Positions 25,319 through 35,332 are shown, counted from the stretch's first letter. The stretch is DNA of 64,000 bases from Bacteroidaceae bacterium (GCA_017534815.1 JAFXVS010000018.1:27768-91767), one strand, 5' to 3'. Notes: generated by a model not told the origin, from the sequence alone. Numbers and translations: made by a program.

Positions 25319-26032
25319 ATGAAAAAGAAAAGTGTAGGAAAAGGATTGATGATGATTGGCAGCCTACGCACGGCTGGTGTAACCACTTACCTGAAACAAG
25401 GAAAGATGATTACCAGATCCTCGAATTCGAACGAGAAGCGAAGCAACACCTTGGCACAGTTTGTTCAGCGGCAGAAGATGCGGCACACCATTGCATTGTG
25501 GAAGATGCTGAGGCTCAATTGTGAAGTTACGTTCACCGAACGTCAGACGGCTTATCTGAATTTTGCATCGCTGACGAACAGGTTGTCTGCTGTGTATGTG
25601 CCCAAGCACATGAGGGATGCCTCGTTTCTGATGCCAGGAATACCAGTGAGTGATGGCACACTGCCTGCAATCAAGCAGGAACTGGGTGGGGTTGATGGCG
25701 TTCCCGCCTTGATAACCGACCTAAGGGCTGCTGAATGGCTTCGCAACGAGAAGCTTTTGTTTTATACTGCAGAACAGCACATCGAACATAACATGCCAAG
25801 GACGCGCTTCAGCATGCGTGAAGTGTCACGACTTGACATGACTGTGGTGGATGGTCATTTGGCACTTGTGAATGAGGAGTTTGCTGACGAAATGAAGGGC
25901 TGGGCGCTGGTGCTGGTGATCGGTGAACGTTGCTCACCACAGACGATTGTCACCCGCTGCACCCTGTATCAACAGTATATGACTGACGAAGCCCTTCAGA
26001 CTGCCGCCAAAAGTTATGGAGGCCTTACTTAA
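25319..26032 (+). CDS. Hypothetical protein (237 aa), family not recognised
   Basis: Clean ORF with native-like G+C (31/60 in line 25561-25620). Preceded by a strong AAGGAG 9 nt from the ATG. Confidence 0.6.
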   Translation: MKKKSVGKGLMMIGSLRTAGVTTYLKQGKMITRSSNSNEKRSNTLAQFVQRQKMRHTIALWKMLRLNCEVTFTERQTAYLNFASLTNRLSAVYVPKHMRDASFLMPGIPVSDGTLPAIKQELGGVDGVPALITDLRAAEWLRNEKLLFYTAEQHIEHNMPRTRFSMREVSRLDMTVVDGHLALVNEEFADEMKGWALVLVIGERCSPQTIVTRCTLYQQYMTDEALQTAAKSYGGLT

Positions 26033-26046
26033 GACCTCCATAACTT
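26011..26046 (+). terminator. 12-bp hairpin enclosing the stop codon (no clear T-run)
   Basis: aagttatggagg (26011-26022) / cctccataactt (26035-26046). TAA 26030-26032 sits in the loop. Confidence 0.4.
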
Positions 26047-26192
26047 TACAAACATTCCCCTTTTATGCCCAAATCCCTCTTTTTGAAGATTTTGAATCCG
26101 ATTTTTGAAAATTATGAGTGAATGCGACCCCAGATAGGAACAAATACACATATTTTTGAGGGGAAAGTGGGGAATGTTCTGGGAATTATCAT

Positions 26193-26200
26193 TATATTTG
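26193..26200 (+). promoter_or_regulatory. -7 box TATATTTG
   Basis: Consensus match 28 nt upstream of ATG 26229. Confidence 0.45.
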
Positions 26201-26228
26201 CCACGGTTTTGACATTAAACACGACAAA

Positions 26229-26831
26229 ATGATTGTAATTATGAGACAAAAGAAGTTTTTCATCGCCATTCTCGCAGCTATGCTGCTGGCGATTCCCGTT
26301 ATGGGACAAAGCAAAAAGGGTCAGGGCAAGAGCCTTGAAGTGTCATTCAACTACCAGAAGCAGGCTGGCCCTGGCTCCAACCAGTATGCCGTCTGGATTG
26401 AGAACGACAAGGGGGAGGTCGTGAAGACTCTCTTCGTCACCTCGTTCACCACCAAGGGACGTGCCCGTGGAAATGCACAACCACAACGTGGCTACGTTAT
26501 GCGTCCAGCCTGTGTGCCTACATGGGTGAAGGCATCGAAAGCCAGCGAGAAAACTGACCAACAGTTGGATGCCGTCACGGGAGCCACTCCACAGGCCGAT
26601 GGCGTTCAAACCTTTACATGGAACTTCACCGACCAGCAGGGAAAGGCTGTACCACAGGGAAATTACAAGGTGTTTGTCGAGGCAACCCTCTACAACGACA
26701 GCGACATCATCTATTCAGGCACTTTCTCCACCAAGGGCAAGGCCGAGAACGTTGCCCTCACCTCTACCATCACCAAGTCTGACGAGCAACACAAGAATAT
26801 GTTGACCAACGTGAAGGCTGTGCTGAAGTAA
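26229..26831 (+). CDS. DUF2271-like secreted protein
   Basis: Signal peptide MRQKKFFIAILAAMLLAIPVMGQ (possible start 26241). ..QYAVWIEN..G..VKTLFVT.., ..DAVTGATP.., ..QGNYKVFVEA.. Confidence 0.6.
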   Translation: MIVIMRQKKFFIAILAAMLLAIPVMGQSKKGQGKSLEVSFNYQKQAGPGSNQYAVWIENDKGEVVKTLFVTSFTTKGRARGNAQPQRGYVMRPACVPTWVKASKASEKTDQQLDAVTGATPQADGVQTFTWNFTDQQGKAVPQGNYKVFVEATLYNDSDIIYSGTFSTKGKAENVALTSTITKSDEQHKNMLTNVKAVLK

Positions 26832-26847
26832 TACAGCGAGGCTAAAC

Positions 26848-28113
26848 ATGCAGTTGTTTTCATCGAAATATTTCATCTTGTCAGTTGTGTGTGCCATGTT
26901 GTGTGTGGCGTGCAGCGATGATGATGGGACAAGCCAGAAGGTCAATCTGTATGTGGCTAACGATGTCGAAGATGACCTGCCCACATACACGGGACTACCG
27001 ATTGTGGAAATCAGGACGGAAGACGGCCAGACGCTGACGGACAAGGAAACTTGGAAGACGGCCAGCATCACGTTTCATGGCATGGGTGAATATGACGACT
27101 TCACGGACGAGGTTCTCATCAAGGGACGAGGCAACTCCACTTTCAAACGCCCCAAGCTACCTTTCAACCTGAAGTTCAGCAGCAAGCGGAGTTGGCTGGG
27201 GATGAAGAAGAGCAAGCATTGGGCGTTCCTCGCCAACTATTACGACCCCACACTCATCCGTAACGACCTGACTTTTCATTTGGGAAAGCTCACCACCCAT
27301 TTGGAATGGACACCCAGCGGAGAGTTTGTGGAGTTGGTGTTCAATGGTCACCATGTGGGCAACTACTATGTGACTGAGCGTATCAAGGTAGAGAGCAACC
27401 GTCTGAACATCAAGGAGATTAAGGAAGAGGACGCTGACATCCTGACCGGCGGCTATTTGGTGGAGGTGGACAAGTGGTTTGATGAGATCAACCAATTCAA
27501 GACAGCCATCAACCAGTGGCCTATCTGCATCAAGTCGCCCGACGAGGAATGGTGTACAGCTGAGCATGTGGCCTATATCTCCACTTACATCAACACGTTG
27601 GAGAAGCACCTTCAAGAGGGTCGCTTCGACCAAGTACACGAGTTGATTGACATGCCGAGTTTCGTGGACTACTACATCATTCAAGCCTTCTGTGGCAATC
27701 CAGACTTCGACAAGGAACGCAGCGTCTTTTGCTACAAGAATCGCAATGGAAAGCTGTATGCAGGACCGCTATGGGACTTCGACTACGGCACTTATGTTCT
27801 GACAAAAGAGTATCTCCACAGGGATTGCCTGTGGTACAAATACCTCTTCAATGACCCGCTTTTTGTCACTATGCTGAAAGAACGGTGGGCAGAGTTGGAA
27901 GAGACTTTGTGTCGGGAGGCCTTGGCACGCATTCAGCAACGTGAAAGAGAATTGGCAGCCTCTGCAGCTGCCAATTTCCTCATCTTTCCTCCTCCCTCGA
28001 AATCCGTGTCAAGAAATCGCAATGACCGGAAGTGGGACGAAGCCGTTGCGGCTATGAAAGCCTATATTCCTCAGCGCAAAGCGTATCTCGACACGTTCAT
28101 CAACGGATTGTAA
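26848..28113 (+). CDS. CotH-family protein (atypical kinase fold), lipoprotein
   Basis: Lipobox ..MLCVACSDD. ..IKGRGNSTF..PKLPFNLKF.., ..KHWAFLANYYDPTLIRN.., ..GGYLVEVD.. fit CotH as I remember it. Confidence 0.7.
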   Translation: MQLFSSKYFILSVVCAMLCVACSDDDGTSQKVNLYVANDVEDDLPTYTGLPIVEIRTEDGQTLTDKETWKTASITFHGMGEYDDFTDEVLIKGRGNSTFKRPKLPFNLKFSSKRSWLGMKKSKHWAFLANYYDPTLIRNDLTFHLGKLTTHLEWTPSGEFVELVFNGHHVGNYYVTERIKVESNRLNIKEIKEEDADILTGGYLVEVDKWFDEINQFKTAINQWPICIKSPDEEWCTAEHVAYISTYINTLEKHLQEGRFDQVHELIDMPSFVDYYIIQAFCGNPDFDKERSVFCYKNRNGKLYAGPLWDFDYGTYVLTKEYLHRDCLWYKYLFNDPLFVTMLKERWAELEETLCREALARIQQRERELAASAAANFLIFPPPSKSVSRNRNDRKWDEAVAAMKAYIPQRKAYLDTFINGL

Positions 28114-28155
28114 AAACTTATTCTGTCAATTAAATCATCGGCAGGGTCACTGCCT

Positions 28156-29679
28156 TTATTCCCATTCTATCGTTGCTGGTGGTTTGGAGGATACGTCGTA
28201 GCAGACGCGGTTGACACCCTTGACGTTACGGATGATCTGATTGCTGACGTCGGCAAGAAAATCATAAGGGAGTTTCGCCCAGTCAGCCGTCATGGCATCG
28301 GCAGAGGTGACAGCACGGAGAACCACAGGATACTCGTAGGTGCGTTCGTCGCCCATGACGCCCACGCTCTTCACGTCGGAGAGGAGGACAACGCCTGCCT
28401 GCCAAACCTGGTCGTAGAGGTTCCAGTTGCGGAGTGCACGGATAAAGATGTCGTCGGCATCTTGCAGGACGCGTACTTTCTCTGGAGTGATGTCACCCAA
28501 GATGCGCACAGCCAAACCAGGACCAGGGAATGGATGGCGAGTGATGAGGTGTTCGGGCATCTGGAGCTGACGACCCACGCGGCGCACCTCATCCTTGAAG
28601 AGCCACTTGAGGGGTTCGCAGAGTTTCAGACCCATCTTCTCAGGCAGACCGCCGACGTTATGATGGCTTTTGATGACCTTGCCTGTAATGTTGAGCGATT
28701 CGATGCGGTCAGGGTAGATGGTGCCCTGAGCGAGCCACTTGGCACCTGCTATCTTCTTGGCTTCAGCTTCGAACACTTCGATGAAGCCTGCACCGATAAT
28801 CTTGCGTTTCTTTTCTGGTTCGGACACACCTGCCAGCTCTGTGTAGAACTTCTGGGAGGCATCGACGCCCACGACGTTGAGTCCAAGGCATTCGTAGTCA
28901 CGCAGCACGTCGGTGAACTCGTTCTTACGGAGGAGGCCGTTGTTGACGAAGATGCAGGTGAGGTTCTTACCGATGGCACGGTTGAGCAGCACGGCTGCCA
29001 CAGAGGAATCGACACCACCTGAGAGTCCGAGAATGACTTTGTCATCGCCCACCTGTTGACGAAGTTCGGCCACCGTCTGGTCAACGAAAGAGGCTGGTGA
29101 CCAGTCTTGCTTGCCTCCGCAGATGTCCACCACGAAGTTCTTCAGGAGTTTGGTGCCGTCGATGGAGTGAAACACTTCGGGATGGTACTGCACACCCCAA
29201 ATCTTCTCGTCGTTGGCAGCATAGGCTGCGTACTTGACGGTGGCAGTGGAAGCGATGCAACGGAAACCTTCGGGCAGGCAGGTGATGGTGTCGCCATGTG
29301 ACATCCAAACCTGGCTGTTGTCAGCAAAGCCCTTGAGGAGCGGATTGCCGGCTTCCATGAATTCGAGGTTGGCACGACCGTACTCACGGGTGCCTTCTGG
29401 CTCCACTTTGCCGCCAAACGTGTGAGCCATCAATTGGGCGCCATAGCAGATGCCGAGGATGGGATACTTGCCGCGGATCTGGGAGAAGTCGAGCTTGAAA
29501 GCGCGCTCCTCATAGACGCTGTAGGGTGAACCCGAGAGGATGACGCCAATCACATCGGGGTCATCCTGCGGAAATTTGTTGTAAGGCATGATTTCGCAGA
29601 AGGTGTTCATCTCACGAACACGCCGACCAATCAACTGGGTGGTCTGCGAACCAAAGTCTAATATGATAATCTTTTGCAT
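28156..29679 (-). CDS. guaA: GMP synthase (glutamine-hydrolysing)
   Basis: [23 protein letters not shown].., ..GICYGAQ.., ..LSGGVDSSV.., ends ..PPATIEWE. The track start 29724 overlaps the promoter box. Confidence 0.95.
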   Translation of the reverse strand: MQKIIILDFGSQTTQLIGRRVREMNTFCEIMPYNKFPQDDPDVIGVILSGSPYSVYEERAFKLDFSQIRGKYPILGICYGAQLMAHTFGGKVEPEGTREYGRANLEFMEAGNPLLKGFADNSQVWMSHGDTITCLPEGFRCIASTATVKYAAYAANDEKIWGVQYHPEVFHSIDGTKLLKNFVVDICGGKQDWSPASFVDQTVAELRQQVGDDKVILGLSGGVDSSVAAVLLNRAIGKNLTCIFVNNGLLRKNEFTDVLRDYECLGLNVVGVDASQKFYTELAGVSEPEKKRKIIGAGFIEVFEAEAKKIAGAKWLAQGTIYPDRIESLNITGKVIKSHHNVGGLPEKMGLKLCEPLKWLFKDEVRRVGRQLQMPEHLITRHPFPGPGLAVRILGDITPEKVRVLQDADDIFIRALRNWNLYDQVWQAGVVLLSDVKSVGVMGDERTYEYPVVLRAVTSADAMTADWAKLPYDFLADVSNQIIRNVKGVNRVCYDVSSKPPATIEWE

Positions 29680-29721
29680 ATTATATAATATGTATATGTG
29701 AGTGTTTGTCGTTGGAAGGTG

Positions 29722-29729
29722 CAAAGGTA
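29722..29729 (-). promoter_or_regulatory. -7 box TACCTTTG (minus strand) for guaA
   Basis: Plus-strand caaaggta, 43 nt upstream of ATG 29679. Confidence 0.5.
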
Positions 29730-29846
29730 GTGTTTTTTAACGAAAAAGTGAAAAATGGAAAGTGAAAAATCCATATTAACAGCCATTCAGATGAGTCGTA
29801 ACTGAGTTTTTTCACATTTCACTATTCTGTTTTCATGATTTTTTCT

Positions 29847-29854
29847 TACCTTTG
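29847..29854 (+). promoter_or_regulatory. -7 box TACCTTTG
   Basis: 20 nt upstream of ATG 29874. Confidence 0.5.
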
Positions 29855-29873
29855 CCGAAAATAAGTCATATAT

Positions 29874-32258
29874 ATGAAACACGTGTTTTGGCGCTTTAAG
29901 ACTTTTGCGGCCCGTCTCAGCCTCTGGGTGACGCTGACTGTGACCATTATTCTGGTGGTCACAGCGATTGTTGCAAATGTGTTTGTGCGTGAAGGAATCC
30001 TGCGTGAGGAGGAACTGAGAGCGAACCTGATGCTGGACAATGCCGAGCAGCACATAGATGCCGTCTTCATCGCTGTAGAGACGGCTGTTAAGAACAAAGC
30101 AAACGAGGTGACGCTGCACCTGAATGAGCCCCACGAGGAGATGTACCGTATCACCCGTGAAATGCTGATAGACAATCCCATCATCGTAGGCAGCGCCATT
30201 GCCTTCGAGCCAAACTATTACGCCGATCAGGGCTATTATTTCTCTCCATACAGTTATAGGGAAGCTCCAAATAACATTAATCAGACATCTAATAAAGAAG
30301 GAGTTATCAAGTCGAAACAATTAGGTACAAAAACCTACGACTATCCGACGATGGAGTGGTATCAGATGCCGAAGCAACTGAAGCAAGGCTATTGGAGCGA
30401 GCCCTATTGCGACACAGGTGGCGGCGAGATGATGATGACTACCTACAGCTATCCGCTGAAGAATAAAGACGGAGAGGTCTATGCCGTGTTGACTGCCGAC
30501 GTGTCGCTTGAATGGCTGTCACAGATGATGGACTCGCTGAAGTATTACGAGAAGTCCTACAGTTTCGTCCTTTCACGTAACGGCACCTTCATCACGCATC
30601 CCGTCAAGGAGGTTGTGATGAACCAAACCATCTTTGAAGGCGCTGAAGAGATAGGTAACCCCATACTGGCACAGATCGGCGAGGAGATGGTGCAAGGAAA
30701 CAACGGCATGTTGCAGATTAACTCGCCCCACTTAGGCAAGTCATTCGTCTTCTTCAAGCCCGTGAAGCACACAGACTGGTCGATGGCCATCATGTGTAGC
30801 GCTGACGAGTTCTTCAAAAATGCCCGACAAGCTGGACTTATTGTGGCGGCACTCATTCTGCTCATGATTCTGGTGCTCATATTTATCTTGCGTGAAGGTG
30901 TGCGACGGCTCACCCTACCCCTCACCCAACTGACACAAGCTGTGAATGAGGTGGCACACGGCAATATGGAAGCTACGCTGCCCAACGTGAAAACGAAGGA
31001 CGAGATGATGAGGTTGTGCCATTCTTTCAGCATGATGCAGAAGTCGCTGACTTGGCAGATGGACGAACTCAAGCGGGTGAACGAGCAGAAGGGACGCATC
31101 GAAGGCGAGTTGAAGGTGGCAAGCAACATCCAGCGAGCCATGCTGCCCAAGATATTCCCGCCCTACCCTGATCGTGACGACGTTGACATCTACGGACAGT
31201 TAACCCCAGCCAAGGAAGTAGGTGGCGACCTCTACGACTTCTACATCCGCGACGAAAAACTGTTCTTCTGTATCGGCGATGTATCGGGCAAAGGCGTTCC
31301 TGCCTCTCTGGTGATGGCGGTGGCACGGTCGCTGTTCCGCACCCTCTCCGTTCATGAACCACATCCCGACCGGATCATCGCACAGATGAACAACCGCATG
31401 GCTGAAGACAACGAACAGAACATGTTCGTCACCCTTCTGATTGGCGTACTCGACCTGCCCACAGGCCGCCTCCGCTATTCCAACGCGGGACATGATGCGC
31501 CCATCCTCCTGACCCACACATCAGAGGGCGTACAGAAAGCCTACCTTCCCTGCGACAGCAACCTCCCTATCGGCGTGATGAGCAATTGGAAATTCTCCAT
31601 TCAGGAGACCACTATCAATCCCGACACGACAATCTTCTTATACACAGACGGTCTGACCGAGGCTGAGGACGTGAATCATAATCTCTTTGGAGAAGAGCGC
31701 ATCATGAACGCCCTCATCGACTCCACCTCGCAGGACATCATTGAGCGAATGACCGATGCTGTGCATGACTTCACAGGCGATGCCGAACAAAGCGACGACC
31801 TGACCATGCTCACCATCCGATACACCAAACCCGAAAACCAAGTGCGCTTTCAGAAAAGCATCACGCTGAACAATGACGTCAATCAGGTGCCGCAACTGGC
31901 TGAGTTTGTTGATGAGGTTTGCGAGGCTGTAGAATTCGACATGGGCACCACCATGCAGATGAACCTCGCACTGGAAGAGGCTGTGGTGAATGTGATGAAC
32001 TACGCCTACCCTAAGGGAGTCACTGGCGACATCCAAATTGAGGCTATCGCCAACGACAAGCGTCTCAAGTTCGTCATCAGCGACAGCGGCATGCCGTTCG
32101 ACCCTACCATTCACCGTCCTGTGGACACAACACTGTCGGCAGAGGAACGACCCATCGGTGGCTTGGGCATCCACCTCATCACACAACTCATGGACAGCAT
32201 CAATTACGAGCGCAAGGACAACATGAATGTGCTGACACTCCGCAAGAAACTACTGTAA
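29874..32258 (+). CDS. Membrane sensor: Cache-like + HAMP + PP2C (SpoIIE/RsbU-type) phosphatase + RsbW-like HATPase domain
   Basis: 794 aa. N-terminal TM, extracytoplasmic domain, second TM plus HAMP. ..GGDLYDF...GDVSGKGVPASL.., ..TDGLTEA.. (PP2C). C-terminal ..NLALEEAVVNVMNYAY...GGLGIHL.. (anti-sigma-kinase-like ATPase). Confidence 0.8.
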   Translation: MKHVFWRFKTFAARLSLWVTLTVTIILVVTAIVANVFVREGILREEELRANLMLDNAEQHIDAVFIAVETAVKNKANEVTLHLNEPHEEMYRITREMLIDNPIIVGSAIAFEPNYYADQGYYFSPYSYREAPNNINQTSNKEGVIKSKQLGTKTYDYPTMEWYQMPKQLKQGYWSEPYCDTGGGEMMMTTYSYPLKNKDGEVYAVLTADVSLEWLSQMMDSLKYYEKSYSFVLSRNGTFITHPVKEVVMNQTIFEGAEEIGNPILAQIGEEMVQGNNGMLQINSPHLGKSFVFFKPVKHTDWSMAIMCSADEFFKNARQAGLIVAALILLMILVLIFILREGVRRLTLPLTQLTQAVNEVAHGNMEATLPNVKTKDEMMRLCHSFSMMQKSLTWQMDELKRVNEQKGRIEGELKVASNIQRAMLPKIFPPYPDRDDVDIYGQLTPAKEVGGDLYDFYIRDEKLFFCIGDVSGKGVPASLVMAVARSLFRTLSVHEPHPDRIIAQMNNRMAEDNEQNMFVTLLIGVLDLPTGRLRYSNAGHDAPILLTHTSEGVQKAYLPCDSNLPIGVMSNWKFSIQETTINPDTTIFLYTDGLTEAEDVNHNLFGEERIMNALIDSTSQDIIERMTDAVHDFTGDAEQSDDLTMLTIRYTKPENQVRFQKSITLNNDVNQVPQLAEFVDEVCEAVEFDMGTTMQMNLALEEAVVNVMNYAYPKGVTGDIQIEAIANDKRLKFVISDSGMPFDPTIHRPVDTTLSAEERPIGGLGIHLITQLMDSINYERKDNMNVLTLRKKLL

Positions 32259-32316
32259 AGTTTAGAGTATAGAGTTGAGAGTTTGGAGATTAAAGATTAG
32301 AAAGAAATAGAGATAA

Positions 32317-34119
32317 ATGGACGCATTTAATGCAATGGAAGACTTGGTCTTTTGTGGACTGAACCTTGGCGCATGGGTCACTATTGTCACCGTGCTGGTG
32401 ATGTTTTTGACCTTGCTCTTCACGAAACTGCGCGAGGACGTCGCCTTTCTGGGCGTCATCGCCATACTTATATTGACTGGCGTGCTCGACACGAAAGAGG
32501 CGTTGGGCGGATTTTCGTCAGGTTCTGTAGTTACCATCGGTGTACTGTTCGTCGTAATAGCTGGACTGGTGCATACGGGTGTACTGCAATGGATTGTGCG
32601 CTACCTGTTAGGAACGCCTAAGAATTATCCGACAGCCATCGTACGGCTGATGCTGCCAGTGGCGGTAATGAGTTCCGTGTTGAGCAATACGACCGTCGTG
32701 GCGCTCTTCGTGGGTATCGTCAAGGTGTGGGCAAAGAAACTTCACACCGTACCATCCAAACTGCTCATTCCTCTGAGCTACGCATCAGGATTGGGCGGCA
32801 TCTGCACCCTTATCGGCACACCTCCCAACCTCATTATCTCAGGACTCTACGCCACTGACACTGGTGAGCACCTCAACATCTTTGTGACTACCATCCCTGG
32901 TCTGGCCTGTCTCTTTGTGGGTATCTTGTCGATAATAGCCTTGCGCAAGCTGTTGCCCGAACGCCGCAGCGCCGATGAGTCTTTTGAGCAAACCGCTGAC
33001 TACACCGTCGAAATGCTTGTACCAGCCGACTGCCGACACATCGGACAGACCATCAAGGAGGCTGGGCTGGATGCCATTGAAGGCGGAAAGCTCATTGAAA
33101 TTGTACGCTTCGATCATGAGGTCATATCACCCGTACCTGCTGACGAATTTCTCATGGGTGGCGATCGGCTTGTCTTCTCTGGACGAGTAGATGAAATTCT
33201 TCGTCTGCACAAGAGTTTTGGACTGGTCAATGCCGACCATCCCGTGTTCTCCATCAACGAACTGGATAAGAAACGTCGACTGCGGACAGCTTACATCATG
33301 CAGGGCTGCGAACTGGTCGGAAAGCGCATATCAGATACGACCATTGAACACGACCACCGGTTCACGCTGGTGGCAGTGGCACGTCAGGGTGAACGCATCA
33401 AGGAGAGTCCTCGTGACATCGAACTGAAAGTGGGCGACACGCTGCTCATCGAATGCCCGCCGGGCAGTAAGAATGCTGAGATCATGCGCGGGCTGCAATT
33501 CTTCGATGGTTCATCCATCATCCCCAACATCGGAGGAAAGACCATCGTGTCGAGTCTCATCATGATTGCTATGATTGTGCTGTCGAGCCTTGAAGTCATG
33601 CCGCTTCTCCAGAGCGCTATGCTTGCCGCTATCGCCATGCTTGTGTTCCGATGCTGCACACCCACCCAAGCAATGAAAGCCATAGATTGGAACATCCTTA
33701 TGATCTTCGCTGGCAGCGTTGTCATTGGTACTGCCATTCAGAATACAGGTATCGCTGAGGTCATGGCTGGCGGAATGATGAATCTCTGTAGTGACAACCC
33801 GCTGCTGGTAATGTCCATGATGTGTCTGGCAGCCACCTTCCTCACAGAATTCATCTCCAACACGGCAGCAGGCGCCATCTTCTATCCCATCGTCTATCAA
33901 GCTGCTGTGTCCATGGGTGTCAACCCACTGCCTTTCATCATCTCATTGATGATAGCCGTTTCATGCAGTTTTGCCACCCCCATCGGATCTCCCACCCACA
34001 TGTTAGTGTATGGTCCTGGAGGTTACCGCTTTGGCGACTTCCTCAAGATTGGCCTTTGGATGAACATCATCATCCTTGCTGTCAACCTCCTGATCGTCAA
34101 TCTCATCTATCCGTTATAA
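32317..34119 (+). CDS. SLC13/DASS-family permease with central TrkA-C domains
   Basis: 600 aa. Hydrophobic N and C halves with two soluble TrkA_C-like inserts (..GQTIKEAGL...GDRLVFSG.., ..GKRISDT...GDTLLIE..). Confidence 0.75.
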   Translation: MDAFNAMEDLVFCGLNLGAWVTIVTVLVMFLTLLFTKLREDVAFLGVIAILILTGVLDTKEALGGFSSGSVVTIGVLFVVIAGLVHTGVLQWIVRYLLGTPKNYPTAIVRLMLPVAVMSSVLSNTTVVALFVGIVKVWAKKLHTVPSKLLIPLSYASGLGGICTLIGTPPNLIISGLYATDTGEHLNIFVTTIPGLACLFVGILSIIALRKLLPERRSADESFEQTADYTVEMLVPADCRHIGQTIKEAGLDAIEGGKLIEIVRFDHEVISPVPADEFLMGGDRLVFSGRVDEILRLHKSFGLVNADHPVFSINELDKKRRLRTAYIMQGCELVGKRISDTTIEHDHRFTLVAVARQGERIKESPRDIELKVGDTLLIECPPGSKNAEIMRGLQFFDGSSIIPNIGGKTIVSSLIMIAMIVLSSLEVMPLLQSAMLAAIAMLVFRCCTPTQAMKAIDWNILMIFAGSVVIGTAIQNTGIAEVMAGGMMNLCSDNPLLVMSMMCLAATFLTEFISNTAAGAIFYPIVYQAAVSMGVNPLPFIISLMIAVSCSFATPIGSPTHMLVYGPGGYRFGDFLKIGLWMNIIILAVNLLIVNLIYPL

Positions 34120-34165
34120 AGTACAAAATATACAAATTAAGTTACATTCAATAAAAATTATCATT

Positions 34166-34468
34166 ATGAAAACAACATTCAAAGAAGAGAACAACGAGTA
34201 TGTAATGTATTTCGAAGGTCGCCTCGACACTTCCTCTGCCCCACAGGTACAACAGGATGTGCAGCCCCTCATCGACAGTACAGGACACGACATCGTCCTT
34301 GACTGCACCCAGATGCAGTACATTTCCTCCAGCGGCCTGCGTATCTTCCTCAGCATCCTGAAGAGTGCCAAGGCTGATGGCCAACACGTTTACATCCGCG
34401 GTCTGAACAACGACCTGCGCCAGGTCTTCACCATGACTGGCTTCATCACCCTGTTCGAGTTCAAATAA
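34166..34468 (+). CDS. STAS-domain anti-sigma-factor-antagonist-like protein
   Basis: 100 aa. ..LDCTQMQYISSSGLRIFLSI.. carries the conserved phospho-Ser context (SpoIIAA/RsbV type). Confidence 0.8.
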   Translation: MKTTFKEENNEYVMYFEGRLDTSSAPQVQQDVQPLIDSTGHDIVLDCTQMQYISSSGLRIFLSILKSAKADGQHVYIRGLNNDLRQVFTMTGFITLFEFK

Positions 34469-34482
34469 GATATCGCACAGCT

Positions 34483-34524
34483 AAAAAAAATCTCCAGATT
34501 CTGTCAAGGAACCTGGAGTTTTTT
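34483..34524. terminator. Bidirectional terminator between convergent genes
   Basis: A8 run, ctccag (34492-34497) / ctggag (34513-34518), T6 run. Confidence 0.5.
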
Positions 34525-34536
34525 ATGTGAGGCGTA

Positions 34537-35316
34537 TCAATCTTGCGCTATTCGCCTAAATTCAGCACACACGATGGCAGTAGCAATGGCAACATTGAGA
34601 GATTCGGAGGTCGGACGACCTGCAGGATAGTTGGGGATGTGGAGCCGATCGGTGACGTGGGCGGCGACATCAGGCGAGATGCCATTGCCCTCGTTGCCCA
34701 TGACGATGATTCCACGATTCTCAAGAGGTTTCCCGTAGAGGTTGTCACCATCAAGGAAGGTACCATAAACAGGGATGTCGGCAGGCAGATGACTAAGCAT
34801 CTCAGGCAAATCGACGTAGTGAACCTGCACATGAGCAATGCCGCCCATCGTAGCCTGCACGGTCTTTGGATTGTAGATGTCGGCACAGCCACGAGAACAG
34901 AAGATGTGCTCAATACCGAACCAGTCTGCCAAACGGACGATAGTGCCAAGGTTGCCAGGGTTCTGCACGTCATCGAGAGCGAGGCAGAGTTGGCGGCTTG
35001 CCACGTCGGCAGGATTCACTTCATAGACAGGCTGACGAAAGATGGCAAGCACCTGTTGGGGCGTTTCCTGAAAACTCACTCGCCGCAACTCATCGTCCGT
35101 CACCTCGTCAATCTCGATGCCCTTGTGTCGCTGATTGTCCACCCAAGCCGCATGCGCTGACAGCCATGAAGCCGTAGCGGTAAGGTAGGTGCATTGAAAC
35201 ACATCAAGCTGATCGCCCACCAATTTGTGACCCTCTGCCACAAAAACGCCCTCCGCCTTCCGATGCTTCTTCATCTCCAGCGAACGCACAAACTTAAGTC
35301 TGTTCTTGCTAATCAT
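34537..35316 (-). CDS. TrmH/SpoU-family RNA 2'-O-methyltransferase
   Basis: ..LDDVQNPGNLGTIVRLADWFG.., ..IVMGNEGNGI.., ..SLNVAIATAI.. SpoU motifs. Confidence 0.85.
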   Translation of the reverse strand: MISKNRLKFVRSLEMKKHRKAEGVFVAEGHKLVGDQLDVFQCTYLTATASWLSAHAAWVDNQRHKGIEIDEVTDDELRRVSFQETPQQVLAIFRQPVYEVNPADVASRQLCLALDDVQNPGNLGTIVRLADWFGIEHIFCSRGCADIYNPKTVQATMGGIAHVQVHYVDLPEMLSHLPADIPVYGTFLDGDNLYGKPLENRGIIVMGNEGNGISPDVAAHVTDRLHIPNYPAGRPTSESLNVAIATAIVCAEFRRIAQD

Positions 35317-35332
35317 GCTACAGATTTTTGTA

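Noticed and set aside
26051-26177. Long-range inverted repeat aacattcccc (26051-26060) / ggggaatgtt (26168-26177), plus ccctc/gaggg
   Set aside because: There are only 10 + 5 bp separated by ~107 nt of unstructured sequence. That is too weak to call an element, although it may contribute to termination or promoter insulation.
29748-29822. GTGAAAAAT x2 (29748, 29762) and inverted TTTTTTCAC/ATTTCAC (29807-29822) in the guaA/sensor divergent promoter; similar words at 35351-35390 and 24750
   Set aside because: Each copy sits about 20-45 nt upstream of a TAnnTTTG box, in that promoter's own orientation. The simplest explanation is T-tract/UP-like upstream promoter elements rather than a specific operator.
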